Shown here in pieces: positions 37,615 to 48,312 of a DNA stretch of 64,000 nt (position 1 is its first letter; the number at the start of each line of letters is the position of its first letter). The stretch is from a virus (lineage: Duplodnaviria > Caudoviricetes). Position numbers and translations under genes: made by a program. The DNA lies in IMG/VR virus record IMGVR_UViG_3300014205_000174. The stretch is one strand, 5' to 3'. Below the pieces are notes generated by a model. That model saw only the letters and a program-made list of their open reading frames with translations. It was not told the DNA's origin and searched no databases.

Positions 37615-38035
37615 GATATGCCTTACAAAGAACCATTAACGATAACAATCAAAGAGCTACATGATAACTTCAGGAAGTTAATTCTTGAGGACAGGGCCAA
37701 AGGATTTAAAATAGGTGGGTTTGGGGAATTATATTGGAATGCATTTCCTGTCAGCAAGCTTAAATATGCTTCATATATCTCCGCTTCTATAAAAAAGAAC
37801 TGTAAAAGCCTTTATTGTTGCAGGTCACGCAGGAATTATAAAGGGAAATATGACCCTATTTTTATAAACAAAAACCAGAAGGTAACAATATACTATTACA
37901 AAAGAGTATCAAAAAAGATAGATTCCTTGTTTGAAAGAAAGATAGCTTTATACGATATGCCGCCTTTTCTGGCTATGGGCGTACTTGCGCTATTAGGTCT
38001 GGGTCATTTTATGAAGTTAAAAAACAAAGCAATCA

Positions 38036-38416
38036 ATGAGCCATCAGGACTTTAAGTTAGCGCAGGATATACAATCCGCATTCATGTCTATAGGCCACTC
38101 AGCTATTAACGCTGATTTTGCCTGCAAGCTGCTTGCCTATACATATGTAATGGGTGGCGGCAACAAAGCAGTTGTATTAAACCCTGCAATGAATGCTGGC
38201 ATAGGTATGGCCACGCAGCTATTGAACCTGAAAGGTGGCGAAATCCCCAACGCTGATTTATTGCCTAATTTGCAGCAACGAATTGCCGAACTGGAGGAAG
38301 ATATGGAGAATACTGCCTGGCTGCCTGAAATAGGCGAGCGATATCACCTGACTATAAAATACGGCACCTATGTTAAACCAGTAAAGAAACCAAATGACAA
38401 AGAAAACCGAAAATAA
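38036..38416 (+). CDS. Hypothetical protein
   Basis: ORF in operon. Confidence 0.55.
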   Translation: MSHQDFKLAQDIQSAFMSIGHSAINADFACKLLAYTYVMGGGNKAVVLNPAMNAGIGMATQLLNLKGGEIPNADLLPNLQQRIAELEEDMENTAWLPEIGERYHLTIKYGTYVKPVKKPNDKENRK

Positions 38417-38741
38417 AATTAATGAAATAATTACCCAGGTAACAGGGAAGATTTCCAGGCTCGAATGCGATGGCGCTACCAGAGTGCTTGCCCACCTGCT
38501 GACAAGGAATGAGATACAGCATTCAGTCATGGTTGGCAGTGCCTCTATGGGTGAAATCCACATCCCCGTACACTACTGGATTGTCATCGATGGTAAAATA
38601 TTGGACTTAAAAGCGAAAATGTGGTTTGGAGATAAGGCTACCGAAGGTATCTTTGCAGGCAGCCCGGTACAATATAATGGGCGAGCTATAGAGATGAAGA
38701 CGTCTGAGACTGTTTTTAATATTTTAATGAGAAATAGTTAA
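38394..38741 (+). CDS. Small transglutaminase/papain-like fold protein (tentative)
   Basis: ECDG...HYWI....I.D spacing of a possible C-H-D triad. Confidence 0.4.
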   Translation: MTKKTENKINEIITQVTGKISRLECDGATRVLAHLLTRNEIQHSVMVGSASMGEIHIPVHYWIVIDGKILDLKAKMWFGDKATEGIFAGSPVQYNGRAIEMKTSETVFNILMRNS

Positions 38742-38954
38742 ACAAAACCAACATGCAAATAAAATTCAAAGAATACAATGAGGGCAATAAGCCGCAAAGA
38801 GGGGACATCTGCCTGTGCAAATGTCCTGGCTTTTGTGAAGAGGGCGTAATCACAGCCGAGTACACTAGAGATGGCTTTGTGTTTTCCGGACACGGGAACA
38901 TTGACAGGTACGTTACCGCTTACGTTGTTTTAGACCTTTAAAACCAACAATAAC

Positions 38955-39650
38955 TTGACCGACACAAGCACATACCCTGCGCATAGCGCCTACCAGAACC
39001 TCAGTCCCGATACCATGCCGGGAGAGGTATGGCATCACATGCGCACAGCACGGCTGTACAAGTTGTTTGACAAGCTGAATGTCGAAGTATATATTTCTAG
39101 CTATGGCCGTGTAAAGCAGGATAAAAAAGGGAAAGCCACCATACTGAAGCAAAAAACAAACAGCGACAAGTATTTATATGTCGTAATCGGCGCAACAAAG
39201 ATAGACATCACGCAAATGGTGGCAATAGCCTACGTGGCCAACCCGTTCGACCTTCCGGAAAGAACCCACATCAATGGGGTAAAAACAGACAACCGGAGAG
39301 ACAATATCCAATGGTGCGCCAGTAATTCGGACGACATCCTGCAACCGTACATTACCGGGCAGTATAAGAAGATACCGGTGATATCGAAAGGCACGGCAGT
39401 TGTAAAACTTGGTTATTACCGGGCAGAGCACCATCGCCTTGCTGTATATAAAACTATAAAAGAAGCCGCCGAGGCCAACAGGCTACCTGATAATAAAATA
39501 TCTGGCGCATGTTTGTCCGGGAAAACGCATGAAGGTTTCTACTGGATGCACCTGCGGGATTACCTTACCGGTAATGCGACATTTATCAGGCAGGCAAAGT
39601 ATATTACCAACGAGAACAAGCATATTTGGTTAAAAGTTGCCGGGGAATAG
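38955..39650 (+). CDS. NUMOD4/HNH/NUMOD1-type homing endonuclease-like protein
   Basis: EVW, YISSYGRVK, HINGVKTDNRRDNIQWC, Y.TIKEAA...I..AC. Confidence 0.78.
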   Translation: MTDTSTYPAHSAYQNLSPDTMPGEVWHHMRTARLYKLFDKLNVEVYISSYGRVKQDKKGKATILKQKTNSDKYLYVVIGATKIDITQMVAIAYVANPFDLPERTHINGVKTDNRRDNIQWCASNSDDILQPYITGQYKKIPVISKGTAVVKLGYYRAEHHRLAVYKTIKEAAEANRLPDNKISGACLSGKTHEGFYWMHLRDYLTGNATFIRQAKYITNENKHIWLKVAGE

Positions 39651-39970
39651 CCAGTGGAAATAGACATAACTCCTCATCAAAGCCTGATAGGCAGAATTGC
39701 GAAACTGACGAAATATGGTGCGTTGTTGAGTAAAGAATATGAGGAATTATTTAAAATTGGAAACCCTGATTCAGATTACCGGGTTTATCAATATTGCCAC
39801 ATGGGCGGCAGATACGAAATGAGCCTTATGTTTATAGATGAACCGTCGTTTAAAATATCTGGCGTTACATTTTTTTGTTTGAAGGAAATTGGAGTGCAGG
39901 CATGCGGAGACTGGCACTGGTACTCGTTAAATCAACTTATTTTTTGTAAAGAATAAACAATTAAGAAACT

Positions 39971-40462
39971 ATGATACTGGCAAGCGATTTAAGAGTAGGC
40001 AATAAATTCAGGGGCGTGGCGGGCGTACAAACCGTTTTGTCCATTGAGGATAACACCAACAGGAATACCCTCACCTATGTGGATGAAAACCATAAATTAA
40101 TGTACTCCCACCTTATCCTGTGTCTGGAGAACGAAAACCAATATAAGCCCTGCGAGATAGAGGGTATTGAGCTTACTGATGAAATATTGATGCAATATGG
40201 GTTTATAGGCGGTGGGCTGCATTCGTTTACTGGCATGTATCTCGAATGTAGTGACCATCCGAGAATATACAAGCATATTAGTATTAACTACAACAATGAC
40301 AAAAGCTATCCGCAGTATTATGCTTTCATGCGCGAAGGCAGAAAGGATGAGCCAAGAGAAAGCGATGGGGTGGTTTGTCTGCGAAGTGATTTAAGGTACT
40401 TACACCAGCTTCAAAACCTTTTTTACACCATTAATGGGACTGAATTACAAATCAAACTATAA
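39971..40462 (+). CDS. Phage hypothetical protein (family C)
   Basis: LRVGN...IELT.E.L...YLHQLQNL.Y...G.EL, shared with 44028 and 44417. Confidence 0.7.
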   Translation: MILASDLRVGNKFRGVAGVQTVLSIEDNTNRNTLTYVDENHKLMYSHLILCLENENQYKPCEIEGIELTDEILMQYGFIGGGLHSFTGMYLECSDHPRIYKHISINYNNDKSYPQYYAFMREGRKDEPRESDGVVCLRSDLRYLHQLQNLFYTINGTELQIKL

Positions 40463-41022
40463 TTATGAAATACATTGCTACAATAATAAGATTGCTTGGC
40501 GCTGTAGCTTCTTTGTTTTTGCTTCATTTGGTATGGCTGAGCAATAAAGAATGCAGAATAACGTACCAGGAAATACACAAGGTCTATAAAGGGCATTATG
40601 ACTCTACGAAAAACACCCCTATGCAAATAAGAAGTGGGTATTTCAAATAACTCAACCTATACCATGCCTGACATCAAACCTGTACTAATTGGAAGCGGGA
40701 AAGGTACTTCGGTGGCCACGCTCGGGCCACAGGCTCCATTTATGGACGCTCATGGTGTACCGAGTGGCATACTGGAACGAGGCATACTACTAATTGAGGG
40801 GCCTGATTTCCCTGATTCGCAAATAATGACAGCAGGCTGCCTGAATTTAATGCTGGGTTCTATTGAGCACATAAACCCATCCAGGGTAGTAATGCCTAAC
40901 CCGCTCCCTGCAATTGAGATACAGGATAGTAAAACAACAAAAGCTCGTTATCCGCCATTCATTGACACCGTGCCTGGCGCATTCAAAAAGAAAAACCAGC
41001 GGCAAAAACGAAAGAGAAACAA

Positions 41023-41904
41023 ATGGTAAACAAAGAGGCATTCAAATATAAAAACCGCATTACTTCCTTATTCGGCATTATCATTCCGCCACGGAAGAAA
41101 AAAGTATACAAGGGATACCTGACCGTGCATTTTGTGCTAGAGAACACCCTGCCCAGTAAAAAGAATCAGTGGATAGCCGGCAACAACTTTAAGTTTCTCA
41201 AGTCAAAGGTAGACAAGACGAAGCCCGTCGAGGAGGTATTACAGCTTATAGAAGATAATTTAAAGGCATACATACGCCCTAACAACAACTACCTTGCTTT
41301 TGTCGCACGGACTATTCCCATCCTGGTAGAACAGGCAAGCTATTGGCACAAGAAATATGCTAAGTACGGATTGTCATTCCCTATAGACGCCTGCACCAGC
41401 TCCATATATTTCTACTGGGGCAACAACATGGGCCGCGATAGTACAAATAAGGCGGAAACAATTCATGACCTTTTAGTGGATTCCGGTATCATAAAAGATG
41501 ATACCTGGCAGAAATTAACACCTATTCACCTTGACGGTGAAGACTACCACGGCACCGTACTAAATAACATCATCTGCATTGACCTGACAGTAAAATTTGA
41601 TAAATCACTGAAGGAACTGGCCGAAATACATAAACACACCCAGCCGCAAGAGACTACCATAACTCCAAAGGTGAAAAAGTCAAAGAGAAAGAAAAAATCA
41701 CAATACGGCATTGAGAATCCAGACCTGATTACACTCGGTTGGTATGGATACACCTATTCTGAGATAGATGACGGGGAAACCGCCATAGATTGCACCCCAG
41801 ACCCTAAAGAATGGACGCTTGCACAGAAAGAAGCATTACGCGCAATGGGGTACAACACGGATATATTAGAAACATTTTACCTAAAAAAGGGTTTGAAGGA
41901 GTAA
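41023..41904 (+). CDS. RusA-like Holliday junction resolvase domain protein
   Basis: PSKKN, RD.TNK..TI.DLLV..GII.DD. Confidence 0.65.
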   Translation: MVNKEAFKYKNRITSLFGIIIPPRKKKVYKGYLTVHFVLENTLPSKKNQWIAGNNFKFLKSKVDKTKPVEEVLQLIEDNLKAYIRPNNNYLAFVARTIPILVEQASYWHKKYAKYGLSFPIDACTSSIYFYWGNNMGRDSTNKAETIHDLLVDSGIIKDDTWQKLTPIHLDGEDYHGTVLNNIICIDLTVKFDKSLKELAEIHKHTQPQETTITPKVKKSKRKKKSQYGIENPDLITLGWYGYTYSEIDDGETAIDCTPDPKEWTLAQKEALRAMGYNTDILETFYLKKGLKE

Positions 41905-41936
41905 AATCAAAAAAAACTTAGTTTACCTTGCTAATT

Positions 41937-41952
41937 TGGCACGCCATTTGCT
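41937..41952 (+). promoter_or_regulatory. Sigma-54-type promoter
   Basis: TGGCACG-CCAT-TTGCT, facing the 3' end of the second tnpB. Confidence 0.72.
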
Positions 41953-42129
41953 TTACAGTATCCAAACAAGCATTTATGGCTATATTATTCTTTTTTGCAC
42001 TTATAGCATCGGTATTAACAATTTATATAACAATCGAGCTCATTTTTCAAAAAAAATGCACCTTGGTGGGAGCTGGCCATAGTTCACTAATTCACAGAAA
42101 AGTATAGAAATCCACTTTTCCCATGTTTA

Positions 42130-43407
42130 TTAGCTTTTGGAGAGCGGGTTTAGGTTAGAGACCCTCCTTGGACGAACTACAACGCCCTGTATCCCATCGG
42201 CAAATGCGTTAGGGAATACCTTTCTGATAATATTGCCACTGCCATTACAGTCGGCATTAATCAACAAGCCATCTTTGCTCACAAACAAACCGCGCTTCAC
42301 CCGCTTACCAAGGTATTTATCCTGATGTTGTACCGGTTCATTGTCGATGAAGCTGCATTTGCTGGTGTGTGACTCTTCAACAAGAATCACGTCTATACCA
42401 ACCATATCAGCCTTGTACTGCAACATACCGACGAATCTCGCATGCGGAATCTGCACGAAGTTCTGGTTGTTTTTATCGCCGAGGTTGATTTGCTGCTTCC
42501 AGCCGATGTTCTTGCCAATAACCAGCGTTCCGATGTCGTTACTCACCAGGTGCTGCACAATGTACTTGCTTGCGCAATGCAGGTAATGGTCAATCTTGCT
42601 GTTGCGCTTTTCGGTCATCCGTCTGATTCTCTTTGATGTGCCAGTGCCAATAAGCGATTTCAGTCTTGCCAGTTTTTTGTTATAATAAGCGTTGATGCTC
42701 TTTAGCGCCCTGCCGTTAATGAGTAAGGGTGTCACCCCCTCTGCATTTGATGTTACAGCCGCAAGGTTGTCTACGCCGATATCTATGCCCGCTATGTTTT
42801 GTTTGAGCAGGCTTCGTATTACCTCCTTTGGTTTAATGTATACTATTTCTATTGTATAAAACCCGCATTCAGGCACTATGCGTACCTGCTGTATATTCTT
42901 TTGCTTTGTTGGTATTCTTATCATAGTGCCCGATAAGGATACGATGCTTTTCTCTAACGCCGTCTTTGATATAGCCTGTATGGTATAGGTGAGCACGTTG
43001 CGCCCATGGGCTTTGTCCTTATACTTAGGCAGGGCTGGCTGTCCGGTAAACTTATCCTTATTGGCCGACCATACCTTAATGGCGGTAAAGAATGACTTCC
43101 AGTTTTTATCAAGCAGCATTAATACCTGCTGGCTGACCTTGGCGGGGAGCGCCGTGTAGTCCGATTGCTTCTCATTCTGTAGCTGCTTTTGCAGGTCGCT
43201 GTACCGGAGCCAGAGCGCATGCTCCCGCTTGCCTTCCAGTTTCTCTTTACCGCTATCAATAAACAACTGACGGATACGGTAATTAGCGGCATTATACAGA
43301 TTCTTGGACAGAAAGCACAACCTGTCTATTTCTTCGAAATGAACATGACCGGCACCTATCTTATGCCGCTCAACCAATGTTATGCTATTCCCGCTTTTAT
43401 CCTTCAT
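42130..43407 (-). CDS. tnpB: IS200/IS605-family TnpB (no tnpA adjacent)
   Basis: LVERH, SKNLYNAANY, GIDIGVDN, VIGKNIGWKQ, EESHTSK, NADCNG; TATATTTG -7 element at ~43420. Confidence 0.92.
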   Translation of the reverse strand: MKDKSGNSITLVERHKIGAGHVHFEEIDRLCFLSKNLYNAANYRIRQLFIDSGKEKLEGKREHALWLRYSDLQKQLQNEKQSDYTALPAKVSQQVLMLLDKNWKSFFTAIKVWSANKDKFTGQPALPKYKDKAHGRNVLTYTIQAISKTALEKSIVSLSGTMIRIPTKQKNIQQVRIVPECGFYTIEIVYIKPKEVIRSLLKQNIAGIDIGVDNLAAVTSNAEGVTPLLINGRALKSINAYYNKKLARLKSLIGTGTSKRIRRMTEKRNSKIDHYLHCASKYIVQHLVSNDIGTLVIGKNIGWKQQINLGDKNNQNFVQIPHARFVGMLQYKADMVGIDVILVEESHTSKCSFIDNEPVQHQDKYLGKRVKRGLFVSKDGLLINADCNGSGNIIRKVFPNAFADGIQGVVVRPRRVSNLNPLSKS

Positions 43408-43434
43408 GTTGCAATACATCAAATATACAAAATC

Positions 43435-43450
43435 CGGCACGATTGTTGCA
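43435..43450 (+). promoter_or_regulatory. Sigma-54-type promoter
   Basis: CGGCACG-ATTG-TTGCA, restarting the + strand operon after tnpB. Confidence 0.65.
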
Positions 43451-44027
43451 GATTTATACTAAAAGAATTCGTTTAATTACTTTGCTATTATTTTCTATAA
43501 ATATGTTTAATGGATGCAGGACTATGTTTTACAAACCGATATACCGGAAGTCGAATTACAGGGTAAAGGAAAAATTTGCATGGCTACCTACGCAGGCTTA
43601 TGAAAAGCTTAATGATGACTCCGGGCAGCCTGGCAAGTGGGTGCATATATGGTTCAAGCCGTACTACATTATCCAGCAGCAAAAGAAATCCCTGTTTGGC
43701 GATATGACATGGGCGTACAAGACCGGGGATTACCTGCATAAAGCAGATGCCGAGGCGACCATGGCAACCATTATTGACAATAAAAACGTGTAACTGATGG
43801 AATTACTCCCGGAAATATTACTTCGCATCTGCTTTGGGGCGTGCTTGTACCTGATGCTCAATACAGCGGTTAAGCAGCATCTTGCAGCAGGTACCATACC
43901 TACATATTACAAGCTGGTATTCACTTCGACGAAGTTGTTTTGCCTGCATCTATTGCTTGTGGGGTTGTCGGTGTATTGCGCGGTTACTATCGATATTATT
44001 AATTAAATCATAATTCAAACAAAACTA

Positions 44028-44420
44028 ATGATAGTCGCAAAAGAACTGAGAATAGGGAATAAGATATTTAACGGAACTGTTGTAGCGACAGGGCCTGACT
44101 ACTTTATTTTTGACGATGGCTTTACTAAGTGGGATAGTCGAAAACTGACAGATGGCAGCATTGAGCCTATTGAGCTAACACCTGAACTACTGCGAAATTG
44201 TCCGCAAGCATACGGTAAAAACTTTTTTGAATTAACGTCACTTGGAGAGGGCATCTATCTGTGTGTTGAGGAAGAGGGCATTTATTTTCAGTCGGAGCCG
44301 GCAGACTCTGTAGAGACGCACAGAACCAAGATAGATATTAAGTACCTGCATCAGTTCCAGAATCTTTACTTTGCACTTACCGGTACAGAGCTGGAGGTGG
44401 TTTTTAATAAAACACCATGA
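44028..44420 (+). CDS. Phage hypothetical protein (family C)
   Basis: ELRIGN...YLHQFQNLYF. Confidence 0.7.
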   Translation: MIVAKELRIGNKIFNGTVVATGPDYFIFDDGFTKWDSRKLTDGSIEPIELTPELLRNCPQAYGKNFFELTSLGEGIYLCVEEEGIYFQSEPADSVETHRTKIDIKYLHQFQNLYFALTGTELEVVFNKTP

Positions 44421-44800
44421 AAAAAGAAGAATTAAGGGTAGGCAACAAGGTGCTTTATAAGGGCCGAAAAAACATACTCATAGATGAGGTGAAGGAAATT
44501 CACACCGCATCTGTGCGCTTGTGCATGAATCCGCTTGCCATTTATAGTTATGCTGACCTTAAACCGATACGGCTTACAAACAAACTACTGAAGAAATGCG
44601 GATTCTGGAGACAGTTTACCGGTGAGTACGTCTTCCTGGGGGATGGGCCGATGGAATTCTATTTTCACAATAAGGAGTTTTTTATTTCCGGAAGCGGGAA
44701 TTTTGATGAAAAAAAATACAAAGTAAACATTCAATATCTGCACCAGCTACAGAATCTATATTATATGCTTTGCGGAACAGAATTGGAGGTAAAGTTTTAA
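44417..44800 (+). CDS. Phage hypothetical protein (family C)
   Basis: ELRVGN...YLHQLQNLYY. Confidence 0.7.
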   Translation: MKKEELRVGNKVLYKGRKNILIDEVKEIHTASVRLCMNPLAIYSYADLKPIRLTNKLLKKCGFWRQFTGEYVFLGDGPMEFYFHNKEFFISGSGNFDEKKYKVNIQYLHQLQNLYYMLCGTELEVKF

Positions 44801-45001
44801 TAAACCATTACATTATGAAAAATATACCGCAGTATATTGCATATACAATAGTGGATGGAGAAAAGAGATACTTCCTGGAATCTTTAAGAACGGAAGAGGC
44901 TGATGTTATTTACTGGATAAACGACATGTACGACTACCAAGTAGAGCCAGTTTTAGTTACGATAAAGCCACAAAAGAAATCATAATTTCTAATTTTATAC
45001 T

Positions 45002-47099
45002 ATGAAAGCAATATACAAAGACGCGAACGGATTAAACATGACCGTGAATATCCTGCAAATAGATTCGTTTGATGCCGTTTTTTTTGAAATTGAAATGGAA
45101 CCGCAGCAATTAGCGCAGGCCCATATAGAGGCCTTGCCTATGGGAGCATCGTTGCGCAAAGACAGCAACATTCTTATTTTACCAAAATCATATCTAATAC
45201 GAGTACTAAGATATAACTAACATGATGGAAGCTGCCGCCAGAGACAGAACATTACGCACACTGCTCAAATGGGTAAAGAGCGGAGAGACTTACAGAATGT
45301 CAAATACTATGGCCATTAAGTTGTTTCCTGCTATCATTGATTTACCAAATCGTATAGTAATTTCTGTGCCAGACAGGCTGAATGAGTTTGCAATATACAA
45401 TGATATAGAATGCGAATGGGACAACCAATTTATGGAGTATCATTTTAAAATATCAGAGGAAAAATGAGAAAACCAGTAGTCCTGAAATTAAAAAATTGCC
45501 GAACTTGCGGTGGGTGCTGGGCCTATGACGATAGCGCCGGTAATAAATTCAGCGCTAATTGCGTTTTAGGATTTAAGGTTGAGCAGCTACCGCCAGGTAA
45601 TCGGCCATCGGCCAGAATGGGAGGAGGAGATTACTGGACTTTCATTTGCAAGCCAGCAGAGCCCTGCCTGAAGCCATTAACCAGCAGGGAATATGTAGCG
45701 GCCATGAATTTTAAAATCGCCCAAAATAAGGAAAATAGCAAATTACCAACATCATGAAAAAATATAAGGAACCAACCGAATACAGGAATACCGGAGGTGA
45801 CAAACAGTCATTTGTAGTTGGTTACATTGGCCTCCCGGATATGCAATACCGGGATGTTCCCGTTTTGGCGTTCGACACAATAGAAGCCCGTAGCCTTGCG
45901 GATATAGAGTTGTTGGGTATTTATGGCATGGATAACTTCGACTGCCTTGGCGTTTGGGAAGGACTTACACATAATTTATTAGCCACATTACCAGACCAAC
46001 AGAACTAACAATGAAACTACTAAGCAAAGAGAGCAACTTCGTTATTTTTATCCGCCAATTGTACCTGCGCCTGCATATTGGGCTGGGCATTATCTTTGGC
46101 CGTAAAAATAATTTCTTCATCTGCTCAATCTCCCAGGACAACTTGGAGAACATGATAAAAGCCGACATGGCCGGCGATGGAGATTATAGTAAAGTTGAAA
46201 TCGAATTCACCTACCATAGGCTCCAGCCGTACAACGTCTATAAGATGGTGGAAATAATTTACGACCAAAGTGACGAAATCGATATGGCCCTGCATAAAGC
46301 TGAATACGAGGCAAATGCGGAGTTAAGAAAAAGACCATAGTATAAAAGCGAAAACAATTATGAAAACAGCGATAGAGCAATGCATTGATAAAATTAAGGA
46401 AAGGCAGTCGCAGTGCGATGGTAAGCCTAATGCGTATTCTGAATTGCAATTTGTTTTGGATATACTAACCGAACTGCTGAGTGTCGAAAAGGGGCAGATT
46501 TTAAACGCCTTTAACGCAGGTAGCGATAATGCATCGTGTGACGGAGATGGGTGTAAGGTCGCGGCGGATAGTTGGGACTTCGATAATTACTTCACGGAAA
46601 CATACGCTATAAAATAGCGATAGATAAAAACAACCATCATGAAAACAGCATTACAGACACTAAAATCAGAGTGTACAGAAACAGTGAATTCAGGTGCTGC
46701 TTCCACAGCATACAGAAATGCCATGCAGGATATCGTCAATAGAATTAACCAGCTTCTCCCAGTAGAGCAAGACCAAATTGAGTCGGCTTTTTTAACTGGA
46801 TGCACGGAATGGACAGGCATTAATTCCCTTGACATACCCGCTTCGAAGGATTACTATATAGACAATTTCATTACGCCAAATATCGAAAACCCATCCGCAT
46901 GATTCATTATAACCAACAGCAGCAGCACCTATTTGATACCGGCCAGTTTGTACCTATATCGGACGAATACGGTCGGGTAATAAGGTTTGAGCAAAGGGGA
47001 GAGCCCATAATTCTCAATGGCAGGTTACAGGGGCATAGGGTACACGTCTTCGACAAGCCTATTATACATAACGGCAGATGTCTAGGATTCCGGGAGTAG
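45002..47099 (+). other. Run of eight small hypothetical ORFs (45002, 45222, 45464, 45754, 46011, 46360, 46639, 46899)
   Basis: Tightly packed co-oriented ORFs; 46360 and 46639 are paralogues (MKTA...E..QI..AF..G). Confidence 0.6.
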
Positions 47100-47105
47100 T
47101 GACCT

Positions 47106-47501
47106 TTAGAAAAAACAACTCTTCAGCGGCCCGAAAGCAGCATCTATAATATCCTTGCATGCATCAAAGCCATAACCCACCTGCGCATCCTGGCCATTGT
47201 TTATCAGGCCCGATATCCAACCTTCCTGTTCTTTTGACAATTCACCGGTAATAGTCTTCACCTCCAGGTATAACACCTCCCCTTTATAAACAAAGTAAAA
47301 ATCCGGGAATCCCTTACTTAGATTAAGGCCCAGCTTCTTGGCTTTATACTTTTCGAAATCGCTTCTTTTCCCCTCCAGCGGCGCGTGCATAATCAGTATG
47401 CCTGGGTAAGCAAGGCCCACATACGTAATAATGCTCGAATGAATTATATCTTCTTCGGAAAGAAACTTGTCGTATGGATTTACCCTTGTTGCCCGTCTCA
47501 T
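47106..47501 (-). CDS. VRR-NUC domain nuclease
   Basis: G.PD...LEVKT..G.LS.EQ..W. Confidence 0.82.
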   Translation of the reverse strand: MRRATRVNPYDKFLSEEDIIHSSIITYVGLAYPGILIMHAPLEGKRSDFEKYKAKKLGLNLSKGFPDFYFVYKGEVLYLEVKTITGELSKEQEGWISGLINNGQDAQVGYGFDACKDIIDAAFGPLKSCFF

Positions 47502-47506
47502 GTAAC

Positions 47507-47854
47507 CTATGCCAATTCTTTATTCCTTGTGAAAATTAGGTTTATCCTGCTCTGTGTTATTAATATGTCGGCTCCGAACTCCTGCTCGAACTTATAGTAA
47601 TGCCCGCACACCGTCCCAGCAAACTTAACGGGCCTGCGGAAATATTCATACGACGTATTCTCATCAAAATATTCCGGCAAAGTGCAATGTACTGTTGCGT
47701 AATCAATATCACACTTGGCCCTGTCGTACTCATCCTTCATTTCCCGAAAGTCTGCATCAGAGCCTCCAACGTCCGGGTGTAGCCTTTTAGACCAGTGCCG
47801 ATATTCGCTTTGCAACTGGTCGTGCGTATGGCAGTTTGCGAAGTACTTGCCCAT
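47507..47854 (-). CDS. Minimal J-domain protein
   Basis: YR....LHPD.GGS...F.EM..EY. Confidence 0.75.
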   Translation of the reverse strand: MGKYFANCHTHDQLQSEYRHWSKRLHPDVGGSDADFREMKDEYDRAKCDIDYATVHCTLPEYFDENTSYEYFRRPVKFAGTVCGHYYKFEQEFGADILITQSRINLIFTRNKELA

Positions 47855-48303
47855 TACCCGTAAATATGCTTCAATAATACATCAACATGGCAAGGGAAAT
47901 GATTGCCAGCGTCATCCGTCAACTTACACCAGCACGCAAGATTATAGCCTTCCAGTTCATCTATCATATCCTGCACAGTAAACGGACATGGGATTACATT
48001 GTATGGATTTTTACCGGCAATCCAGTCCGCGTATAGTTCAATGGCGCGTTTCTGCGCCGCATCGCTACTTACAGCGTCTTCAAGAAAAAGAAACGGCTCC
48101 CCGCGATGGGAGGCATCACCATATATTTTCCCTTTAAATAACCTGAATGGATTGCCGAACTTAGTGGGTCGGCCAACGTACACTGTATTAGGCGGTTTCT
48201 TCCAGCCGCTCTTCCTGCTCCTTACTTCCCTTATTCCTTTCTGCATTTCCTGTTCTCTATTTTTTTGGCAACTACCGACCTGTTTTAGGTCAGTAGGTAC
48301 CAT
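47854..48303 (-). CDS. DUF4326 domain protein
   Basis: VYVGRPTKFGNPF, L.G.NLACWC, CH.DVL. Confidence 0.85.
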   Translation of the reverse strand: MVPTDLKQVGSCQKNREQEMQKGIREVRSRKSGWKKPPNTVYVGRPTKFGNPFRLFKGKIYGDASHRGEPFLFLEDAVSSDAAQKRAIELYADWIAGKNPYNVIPCPFTVQDMIDELEGYNLACWCKLTDDAGNHFPCHVDVLLKHIYG

Positions 48304-48312
48304 TGTTTTTTA

